Of a stretch of 64,000 nucleotides of DNA, positions 1 to 12,000 are shown piece after piece. The notes under the pieces were generated by a model. It searched no databases, was not told the DNA's origin, and worked only from the letters and a program-made list of their open reading frames with translations. The stretch is from Bugula neritina. Taxonomy: Eukaryota > Animalia > Bryozoa. The stretch covers positions 868,001 through 932,000 of the forward strand of contig OZ037766.1 of NCBI GenBank assembly GCA_964035545.1, written 5' to 3'. Position 1 is the stretch's first letter. The number at the start of each line of letters is the position of its first letter. The translations under genes and the position numbers were made by a program.

Positions 1-57
1 TGCAATAGATCTGTTGGTCCTCGACATGCTATTTTTAGATTTCCTGTCTATTTATAG

Positions 58-3000
58 ATTTTTGACTTGAACTGGCATAAGATTAGCATGAGTTTCTTGG
101 AAGACAGGGTTGTCCTCTACCTAGACTGTAAAGATGCTGGCACAGTGTTGTGGGGCGATGATGTGCGTACCCCAATCGGTACAAACGGAAACGTTTACCT
201 GGCCCAAAACAGCATGGACAAACCCACACAGGTACGTAGTGGCATCTACCTGCGATGAATATGCGACAACATTTACTTCTCTGCTATCTGCTGTTAAAAA
301 TCTGATTTTTTTAAGCAAAAATATTCCTAAGAGTAACAACTGTTTCTTCTGCATAGTAGTTGCATGGCAATCAGCTTTGACGATTCTATTTATTAACTTT
401 TGTGTTGATATTTACATGTGCGCAGATTGACCTGCAATGGCTGGTGATTCACTGCGACCCTTATCTCGCTGCCAAGGAGACGTGCAATGAGCTGCCTCCA
501 GTGATTGAAGACGAGCCTATGGACCAGCCCTGCGAGGAGCAGTGCCCAGCTGGACCACCCGGAAATGATGGAGCTCCTGTAAGTTCTCGGCCATGTCATG
601 TACATAGAGAATAGTATGTAGCATAAGGAGTTGTCTTCTATCTTATGTATCTATCTTATGTATATAGTGAACATTATGTAACATAAGGATTTGTCTTCTA
701 TTTCATAAACAATGGTTCTGGAAATTTATAAGTTTTTTAAGACTTCGCAAGCTTGAAATTTTATTTATTAGCTAATAAAAAATAGAAATTGAAAAATTTT
801 GTTGACCTTGACCAAACAGAAGTCAAGGTCACCTTAGTCGTGACATCATGAGTCATCATGTCTGCTAACAGAACTGGTTGTGCTAATTCTAGGGAGTAAC
901 CGGACCCATGGGTCCACCTGGTGCACAGGGAGAGAGAGGTGCAACCGGAGCACCCGGTAAAGCTGGACGTGATGGTGTAGATGGTGCACCAGGTGTACAA
1001 GGTAAACAGGGTGCGCAAGGATTGCCTGGACCTGCTGGTACTGAAGGGACCCCTGGCCCACGAGGAGATATTGGACCACCAGGAACTCCTGGTGCTATGG
1101 GCTTGCAAGGACCTCCTGGAGAGAGAGGAACTGAAGGTCAACCAGGTCCCATTGTGAGTTGCCAACTCCTGTAAAATATGTAATTGGTCATTAGTCATTA
1201 GTCATTAGTCATTAGTCATTAGTCTCGCTTCACTAACTTTGCCTATACTACACAAGTGCCAGTGCTGCTGGCTCGAAAGCTAAATGTTATAAACTGTCAG
1301 CTAAAACCCAATCTAGTATTCCTAGGTTGGTTGGCCTAAAGAAATAATACATAGCTGTTATAGCAGAAGAATTTGTGAACAAGTCAAACCTCCATCTTTT
1401 TACATAAACTGAATGAGACTATAAATAATTATTATTGTGTATGTTGTGTATGCACACTAAACAACTCACAGTTGAACACTCATTTAAGTTATGTTACTTC
1501 TGTTGGTTTTAATTTCTTTGTTTTATAAAAAACAACTCCAACTGACTATTGAAAACTTTATCAAAAAAATGTTGCTTTTACCTTGAATCTCATATTCTTT
1601 CAATAAGTTGAGTTGTTGTGTGACATTGTTTGGTCATGTGACATAGGGGGCACCTGGAGAGATGGGAGTTGAGGGTATGCCCGGTGCACCTGGTGCTCCA
1701 GGTGTTGGTGCTCCCGGAGCTCCTGGACCAGAAGGTAAGATGGGACCCGAGGGACCAATGGGACCTGCCGGAAGAGCCGGCATTCCAGGTCTCAATGGAT
1801 TTGATGGCAAGAAAGGAGAGAAGGTGAGAATAAGTTTACTGGGTCATTAGATTTACCCTGAGTTATTACAAGCTCTTCCTAATTGTAAAGAGTTGTCTCT
1901 CCTCTCAGTAGTTTTTATGCAAATTGAAATTTTTACTGAAGGCATTAATTTTACTATTAATTCATGAAAACTAAGCATGCAATTTTAGTGAAAACATCTA
2001 CTGTGTACAAAATAATAAATATTGAAAAAAAGTATTCCGGCAGTATTATATTATATCATTTAGTAATGTTTACATTTTTATTTCAGTAATACCATGTTTT
2101 ATATTTTGTTGGATTTATTTGCTAAAGTATTGGTTGTTAATTAATTTTAAACTAAGCTGTCATAGACTCGATAAGAATTAGTCTACTAGTAAAAGTATAA
2201 TAAACTCACTTGGAGTTGTCCGTCTTGCATAGTAATATCCTCCACCTCAGAATTCACTTCTCTACGTTGTTCTAAAATATTGTTTCAGGGAGATCGCGGA
2301 GCAGAAGGCAAAGTAGGTCCAGCTGGACCCGAAGGTCCACAAGGGCCAGCAGGACAGCCCGGACCCATGGGCCTGATTGGTCCAGCCGGTAACCCAGGAC
2401 CCCAAGTGAGTAACTTGTGCATTTAGAAGTAACCTGTGAACAAACTAAGTCTTCTAGGAGGGGGGTGTTCCACTCAACCCGCTGCTTCATACAAACTTGC
2501 ACTGTTTATAGTGCAATGGCAAATTTTTCTAAAACAAGTTATGTAGATGACGCAATATAAAGCTACATATTTTAACTGGCTGTTACCGGAATGCTGTCCT
2601 AAAGTTAGGAGCCAATTAACTACATAATAATTGTAACCTTTCATTATAACAACTGTATTAATAGATATACATTTTACATATATATGTATATAATACTTGT
2701 AACAATATATTTCTATATGCAGGGTTCCCCAGGACAACCTGCCCCAGCTAGTCAAGCCAGAGCTGCAAGACCTGGACCACCTGTAAGTCCTGTCACTTTG
2801 AAATAGAAATGACAACTCCTAAGAACTTTCCCTACCAACCAATTATCTCTATCTGTAGATAGAATGCTAAGCTTTGTATCTATAATATATTAATAGAGAA
2901 TAATATATAATATACTATAGATAGTAATATATAATATACTATAGATAGTAATATATAATATTGATAGATAGTAATATATAATAATAGATAGTAATATATA

Positions 3001-6000
3001 ATATTATAGATAGTAATATATGATATTAGTAGATAGTAATATATAATATTAAAAGATAGTATTATATAATAATAATAGACAGCAATATATGATATTATAG
3101 AAAGTAATATAAAATAATAAATAGTACTATATAATATTAATAGATAATAATATATAATATAAGCAGATATAATGCACTAAAACTTTAGTTAGGATTTCCT
3201 CTATACATTGTAGGGAGAAAGAGGTTTGCCCGGAAGCCCTGGAATTCCAGGACCAGCTGGTTTGGTGGGCAGAGAAGGCAGACAAGGAGCACCAGGTCCT
3301 AAAGGAGATACCGGCTTACCTGGATCCGTGGGTAGACAGGGTGCTCGAGGATTTCAGGGAGCCTCTGGCCCACCGGTGAGTTTACTAGGAACACAGGCTA
3401 CACAGAGACTGTGGTAGTTGTCTGCACATGGCCTGGAGGTTATTTAATGAAAGTTCAGACAATATATAATATGTAACGGTTGTGTTTTGTTATTTTTAAC
3501 TTTTTCAAATGAGAAAAACTCGAGCAAATTTACATGGTGCGGCAATGTCAGAGTGACTGGTATTAAGTCTTGCTAATATTCAGTAGTGTGTGTAGCAGAG
3601 CTCCATGAATATTAGTACACGATACTCTATCTTTAGGGTATGCAAGGATCGAAGGGACAGCGCGGAGAGACTGGAGTTCAGGGAAACAGGGTAAGACTGC
3701 AGCAAATATTATGTACTTTTTAATTTGCTTATTTAGTCACTTCAATGCCTTGAAAACTTTGAGTATGTCATTATAAAAATCAGTTTCAAATTTTATATAA
3801 TAGTAACACTTTTTCTAATATATGGAAATGCTAATCTAGTGGGAAACCGGTTGTGTTTTACTCATGCTACAATGTATATGTTAACAGGGAGACAAGGGAC
3901 CAATCGGTAACCCTGGCATGCCAGGCATACAGGGTATTCAGGGAGACATGGGAAGAACCGGAGATAAAGGAGCTCAGGGAGATGCTGGTGTCGAGGTACG
4001 GAGTTTGAATCTCAACTCTAAACTATTAATAGCTTTAAGTTAAACATTTAAATCATATAAATAAATATTCAGCCATTATTTTGCTGCACCAAACTTACTA
4101 TAATATTCTTTTAGTAAATCTCATAATAAATAATTTAGCCAAGGTGCAAAAAAACTAGATTAAAAATGAAAGAGTTTGATTATCTAAAACAACTTTCATT
4201 ACTTCAAGATTTTCAAAAGCCTCTGAATATCTCGTATGATACAGAAATATCTTTTGTCAGGTCAGCAATTTTGTTATTTCCCAAAGATTTCTCTATTTTT
4301 CGGTCAGCAAAAATCATGAATGACAAATTGACATACAATTCACAATGTCTATGTTTATCTGCTAAATATATGGATTAAGAAATGTTAATCCAAGCAGATA
4401 TGAGTGTTAATTAAATCATAAGTATTGATAGTTGTATGAATTTATTCCCAATGGAGTTATATCCAGTCAGCTGTGTGTGTTAGATCAGACAGCATTCTAT
4501 ATTTATGAGTCATAACTTAATTATTTGCTGCCGTTACTACTCTTGGGCCTAAAGCTGCCACAACCATACAAATTTGGTGTCCAATAAGTTGTTTGCTCAA
4601 AATGTGAATGTTTAAGCATATGAAACACATTCTATAAGGATAAAGATCTACTATTATTAAAGTCTTATTGAAGTTCAATTCATACGCATATGTTCTCTAA
4701 TGTCAAGTTTTTAATACTAAATTTTAGAGCACTATAATAAAATGTAATATTAGGAACACATAAATTGCAACATTTAAGTCTTCTAATTGAATTTAATTGA
4801 ATTTATTTGAATTGAATTTAGAGTCAATCTTTTGTCTAAAATCTAAAAGATTTTAATAATAAAATAGTACTAGATTCCCTTCTCTACTGTATAAAGCCAC
4901 AATGCTGCAATTATAGAAATTAAACTGTTAATTGACTTGGCTGCTATAAATATGCGTTTCATTAGAAAGATGGAAATGGAAGAATATTTAGTTTAAGCAT
5001 CAGATATATTGTTGCCATGTAGGAATGTTGTTTACAATCAGCCTACTGAGCTGGGAGAGTTTTTATTCCAACAACTAAACTTTTAACTCTTTAATAATTT
5101 TCTGGGTGTGTAATACAATTTGGTTTGGGGCTGAGTTTGAATTTTTAAAGAATTGTTGGAACTACTTTATTTCCTATAACTATATCAAAAGTGTGCGATG
5201 GCTACATACACATGAAACTGAGACGTGTTATGAGTGTGGCACAATGATCTCTATATAATGCAGTGAGGCTGCACCTCTAGCAATACGAATAGAGGTCAAT
5301 TCTTCTGCAGACGATGACATCTCTTGAGTAACCATTCATTCAGATTTTTATCTAATCTCATTTTTGGCCTCAAATATTAATAAATGACATTCATTGCCAT
5401 TATTCAAACAGAGAGATGAATAATTACGCCGGGACAAACACTTCTGTTGTCAGCCGCTCTCCATTCTATTATGAAACTATGGTTATTGTTTGCTCATTTT
5501 ATGGATATTAATCTTGACCTGACTGCCCCACAATGCACTCCCCTCGCTTCTCGGCTTTACGCTCGTCAAACTCTATAAACAAACAAGGGAGCCAGTGCTC
5601 GAGTAATCGTGCTCACTCATTACACCATTCCTCCTAATAAACTCTTAAAAATAACTCTGAAATACGAGAAGTTGGGTGAATTTTGAGCGTGAGTCGGTAG
5701 TAGAAGATTGGTAGATGAAGAATTCTTCTTATTCAAACTTGTAATTCCATTCACAGAAATTATGAATTTGCTTTGCGAAGCCAATCCCACATTGTTTGGT
5801 AGGAGTTATGAAAAAGTTACATCGCATCCTAAAGTCGTGAGCAAATTCACTCCTTTGAAAAGACAAACAGCCTCGCCGACCAAGTTTAAGTTTTAATGCA
5901 ATTAATTGTGTCGTCTCTGAGCAGTGATTTATTGTCACACAGAAAGCAGCTGCGTCAGCGGCAGCCGCTGTCTACTCACCTGCCAATATATATGTTAAGT

Positions 6001-9000
6001 AATACTATGGTTTGTTTCAGGGACCACCCGGACCACCTGGAGCCAGCGTGAAGGGCGCCCAAGGAGCACCTGTAAGTCTTCTCGTCACATTAAATAAAAA
6101 AACAATTTAAAATTTCCAAAACCTTTTGAATGTGCCTACTGCTTAAAACAATGTACTATAATAAAATTATTTCAGGGCCCTATGGGACCAATCGGAGCAC
6201 CCGGGACACCAGGAGAAGCCGGCCCAATGGTGAGCATTCTTAATTTCTTTCTAATTTTAGTTATTCTGGTTGTAAATTATGTTGGCTAATCACTTTATTG
6301 ATTTATTCACTTTATTTCTTGCTTTCAACATTCCCTCTTTGATGTAAACTATTTCCCCCTCCACAAATATGCTCTGGGGTGAACCTCACAATATTCTGTG
6401 GAACGTGCTGCTGTTACTAACTAGCCAATGAAATGAATGAAGTCTTTTTCACATTAGAATGCACTCAATATGTGGAACAAAAATACGGAGTTGTATGGGA
6501 ACCGTGTCAGTTGCCTTCTATTAATCATAAATAACTTGTCAAGCATTGAGTCAAATCGCATCTAGCAGACGTAACAACTTTGTCTTGGATCAGTTAGCCA
6601 GTGAACAAATTAGACGAACTCATGACTTGAGAAATATGAGTGTCTGGTGTTGAGATGTGGATAGGAAGTCTTCTGCTTCTATGCTGCCTCTTGGAAGTCA
6701 TCACTTCTTCGTCGGTTGGATTTAACGAAGACTCTACACAGTACAATGGGAAGCCAACGAGGACTACGGCAGGCAGTAAGGCTAGACATTTGTGTAGGTT
6801 CCGGTGGGAGTGGGAGAGTATGATATACGGCGACCTATGTCTGCCCGCCAAAGCTTCATTGCGCTCTCGTAAAAAATCTTCTTCATTACTTCGACATAAA
6901 CATCGACATAAAAGTAAAGACTACAATGACGCTCCAAGTTCAAGGTCGTCACAATACAGCAGTGATCTCCTCAGCGAGGACGAGAAGTCAGTGCTGGGTC
7001 TACTAGGACCTCCTCAGTACCAAATGGACGCTCCAACGTACCTCTATAAAACAGTGAGTTCATGTTTTCTTAATGTTTGTTTGCAGGGCGCAACAGGATT
7101 ACCTGGAGCACAAGGTTCAATGGGTAAAACTGGAGATCCAGTAAGTTTGTGAACTTTAACTTATTTCCCTTCTTATATACGGGTGGTTAGGACACCCACC
7201 CGCTTTCAGTATGCTGTAGACTGTAGTTCCTTGCATGCCTACTCACAGCTAGGTTACTAGCAGCTGACTTTTGATGATGCAGGCAAAATATTTAACTTAC
7301 AGCTATCTTATGATTCAGAGTCAGCTGTTAAAGGCAGCATATTTAGTAATAGTTCACCCAACTAGTGAAGTAAAGTGAGCATTATTAAACAGCCAGCATC
7401 TGTTTGTATAGCAGAGAATATTATTCAATTAAGTTTTGTGAAACAATTAAATGGCAGGAAACAGCCCAAACTGTCTAGACGCTGAGCTGTGAGCAGAAGT
7501 CTCTGAATTGTATATTTGCTCAAAGCCGTAACAATGTAATCAGATTTGGAAGTACTCCCTAATATATAGGAGCAAATCTCCTGCATGTGAACAACTAAGC
7601 AAACACCCTTGTGTTTATTTATTCCAAGTCATCTCAGCAAGGGGGTATTACGGCCCCTGTGGCCCCTCATGAATATTCAGCCATTGTTACAGTTAATTAT
7701 GTAGCATGGCATCTATTTACCTTTCCTTATCACCAGCTTTCCGGTTGTTTGGATGTTTGTCTAACCTTACCTGTTGAAATAGCTCCGTTAATCTCACTAT
7801 TTCTCTTCTTGTTGGAGAAATTTTCATCTCTCTTTACACGATAGATGAATTAGTTATTCAAGTGCAGTCAGACAAAATGTTGCCTAGCATCATGTCTAAT
7901 TATATAAGCCACGAAATCTGCGTTTTTTCAATCAATTGTTTCTGGTTCACCCTCCTTGCTGAAACAATGTCCAACTTGTTAGTCTGTCAAATTGTATGTA
8001 AAATGTACTTGGTGGGGTGCGAGTCAACTTTCACCCCAATATAACATAGTTTACACTAAAACTAAGGCTATCTTATTAGAGGCAGGTCTCATCATTGTGA
8101 TCTCGTAGATATGTTAGAATTCAACCTTTCATCTCACTACACTATTCCATGTAAATATATTTCTTCTTACTAAATATTCACCTCTTAAGAATATCTCTAT
8201 TTTATTTACTCTGTCAAGTGTGAAATGCAGTACGTCATGCTGTCATATTACTGCTGCCTATGCTGACCTTGAGTGAAAGGTATGCTGCCATAGAACATGC
8301 AATCAAATCTCTCTCTACAGCTACACACCTCATAAACATCTTCAACAGTTTGTAGTTTCGGTTCAGCTGAAGGCATTGTAGTAGCTGTAGATATCAAGCT
8401 GTATAGAGTAATAATTAATAAACATAAGTTATGACAAGTAATAGATGTACTAGCAGCATGTACTGATTCAGTAATATATGAGTAAATGCAGCTCAACTAG
8501 TTGTGTTTATTTCCTATGAAAGTAACACATCGAAATGAAAACAATAAGTTTTTATTCTACCAAGTTTTTATGATAAACTCAGTTATCTAAACTCCAAGTC
8601 AGTTTCTGAAATTTACGGCTCAAAGAATAGTACTACTTCCTTTGATGTTTCTAAATATAGATTCAAATTATGCCATCTTAGATAACCCATTTTATTCGCT
8701 TCTCATGCTGTGAAAGTTGATACTGCATCACCGCATTTTATACTAATTAAAATCTGGGGCCTGGAGTACTGCTGCTAGGCTGATGTGACTTGTGTATTAC
8801 TACATCTCTATACACATACTACGTATAATATAGGATACCTCAATATACTCAATACAAGAGAGCAATATCATAGCATGTTTAGTGGCATGTTTCACTAACA
8901 ATTCAGTTTTACAACTTTGTACAAACGTGTACTAATACTAATGTGTTTTACTCATTCCCTTTGAGTATTTACTAAATTTTCACACCCGCACTTAGGTATT

Positions 9001-12000
9001 ACACTTCTTCGTATGTCATAAAGTTAATATCCCCCTCTATCTAACAAACAGGAGCTGTGATATATTTTATATTGTACTTTGTCTACCGTGTAACTTGTCA
9101 GTGTTGCTAGTTCAGTTGTTCTACTCCTAAGTGAGAATATAGCAGACGAGTTGTTGTTCAGTGACTGACAGTAGAGTAACTAACAGACAGTGGGACTCAT
9201 AGATATAACTCACAGATAGCCTGAGTACCATGTAGTAGCCTGTTGACCATGTAGTAACCTGTTGACCTTGTGTTGTGTTGCTTTAGGGTATGCCCGGCTT
9301 CCAGGGACCCCGCGGAGAAACCGGACTGATAGGACCACAGGTAAACTTCACCAACACTGACATTCTTTCAGCTTTACCTGTTTATTTGACAGAAGTCGTT
9401 TGATCAAACCCAAATTTCAAATATTTGCTAATTTTAGTTTTTGTCTTTTAACAGTAGTCATCCCAAATAGTAACTAATTAATACTACATAATGTTTAGAA
9501 ATTATGAGTAACTATTATGGTCCCTATAATATGTTAAATCAATTGGTTAATACAATTCTAATAGTTTCATCACGTGAAACTCAAATAATTATGCCAACAT
9601 AATTCAAGAAGGCAATCGTTTATAATTAAGAAATGTTAAATAAAGCTCTATTGTACCTCTAACTTTATTTAATTTTAAGTTTATAATAATTATAATCAAT
9701 TGAATATACCCTTTAAACTGCCCTTTAAACTACCATTAACCAATTACTCTAAGAATAGATTAACATTTGTATCAATTTACATTGATTTTCCATTTATAAT
9801 GAACTATCATTTATTGTTTTCAACTAGGAAATAGTTTGTGGTTAGTAGACTATAAGATAGCATCTCAAGCTTTTCCATTTCTGCATTGTTTTGAGCCCTT
9901 ACAAGTTGGGACAATGGAGCATTTGCACCTTTCAGTTGGTGCAGCAACCACCACTTGTACTCAACTTTGTTTTATCTCCTTTTAAATCTCTCGTTGATCT
10001 CAGTCGTGTGCCATTGAGCTCTACTGTCTGTCTGTTATGTGTAGGGAGAGAAAGGTGACAAGGGAGATGATGGAGATCGTGGACTGCCCGGTAGAACTGT
10101 AAGTCATTTCAACTCTGAAACACAAAAAGCCAGACACAGCAGCAGCTGGTGAAGTTTTCTTAAGTCTTTCATTTGTTTACAAAATTTGTGTGGTTTCTGT
10201 TTTCAGGGACGCGTCGGACCAACTGGAATTCCTGGTATTCCAGGTTTAGATGGTGACAGAGTAAGTTATATAGATATCTGTTTATTTGCCATCACAACAA
10301 TAAGAAATCAGTTGGAGAGGAAATTCTTCCAAGTTTCATATATATTTTTTTATTTCAACCATAAAAGATGAACAACATTATTTTACTTTTTCTAGCAAAA
10401 TAATAATTCTATCAGCATTTACCTGCTCTCATTTCTATCTTTCTTTCAATTACCCATATTGTTTATCAAATTTTTAAGTTTAAAGTTCAAGTAAAAAGTT
10501 TAAATGCATATACTTATGCTTCCAAAAAACTGTTAATAATATGTGATATGGTGTGTATTAAGTTATACAGATTAGAAAATATTACACTTTATATTAAAGT
10601 ATAATCATATTGTATTATATTGCTATAGAATACAATATAGTACAATGTTCTCGTAATATGTGTTATATTGTATTGTTTTGTATGATAACAGGGAGAACAG
10701 GGTGTAGCCGGTAACCCCGGAATGGTGGGTCCACCAGGTAAGGATGGTACTAACGGACCAATGGGAATGCCCGGACCACCCGGCTTCCAGGGACCTCGCG
10801 GAGAGGAAGGAGCTACTGGCCCTCAGGTACGTTACCAGCTACAGTAACCTTGACCTCTGTTCTTCTAATAACAAGTTAACACGACATCTAGCGGGACGCG
10901 TTACGCCCTCCCGTCTAGAGTATTACTCAGTATCATAGAACCAGACTGCACTGCGTCTTTCTGTTATTTAGCTTTACTTTACATGTTTTAGGGACCACCC
11001 GGGCCACCAGGACCCCCAGCCATAGTAAGTACACACACTTGATTAGAACTCAAGCTATTTGTACTACCAGAATATTTCTCTTTGTGTTGTCATCACTTTG
11101 AATAAGTTAGTGTATGCAGATTCTGTGTTGTTTTAGTTGACCGAAGGAGGACAGCTTATTGAAGGACCAATGGGCCCTCAGGGACCAACTGGACCCCGCG
11201 GACCCACTGGAATGGTGAGTTGACCCTTTGAACTTCCAATCAGAGCAATCTCTTTTTCATAACTTAGTAGAGTATAATATGAAAATGTTGCAATGTTCAT
11301 GTTTCTTTCATCAATCAAAATACAGAACACTAGTATTGCTAATATTATGGTGTTTATACAATATTTTGCAATACATTACAATACTTTGCAATTCCTGTCA
11401 TGTTCCGAAGTTGCTAACAATGTCCTTGAACTTGCTGTATAGAACGGAGAGAGAGGACCTTCTGGTATGAGAGGTATGCCTGGACCAACTGGTGCTTCTG
11501 GAGTCAATGGTATGCCCGGCCCACCCGGACCTTCAGGTCAGAGAGGTTTCCCCGGACAAGCCGGACCTCCCGGACTACCAGGTTTACCAGTAAGTAGTTT
11601 CTCTCAAAGTTAATAAACTTTTATAGAAAAATTCAATTCAAAACATAATTGAGTAGCGAGTATTGTAAAGAACAATACTAAGTGTTGGTGTTAATTGAAT
11701 TAACAGTTTGTTTATGTTACGTAAACATTGTCAATAGCCTCTACCCTTTCTACAAACAAGAATGCGTTGAGTGCAGAAATAAACGGCAGCAAGTCAGCGG
11801 TATCAGTGCACACACTAGATGTATTTCCTAATCCAGACAGCGCTGTCAACATTACAGCTGCCAACAATTGCTTGTTGTTCGCATAATGATAGCAATATTC
11901 TCCATACAACAATCTGATGAACACACACCTTGTGAAGCTGTCAGATTACACACACCTTGAGAGGCATGTCACTCACACACCTTGTAATCCTGTCACCTGT

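Noticed and set aside
801-831. DR0-like TGACCTTGACC / AAGTCAAGGTCA elements in a collagen intron
   Set aside because: Imperfect; this motif class occurs frequently, and nothing else supports function
761-1198. Minus-strand ORFs over collagen, RAR and NDUFA13 exons (also 14610-14924, 33257-33643, 57708-57896) and the plus-strand ORF over Kv1 (63153-63404)
   Set aside because: Antisense shadows of real coding exons
5400-5990. Possible MITE/transposon fragment in a collagen intron
   Set aside because: Composition looks distinct, but no terminal inverted repeats, target-site duplication or second copy could be identified in the window
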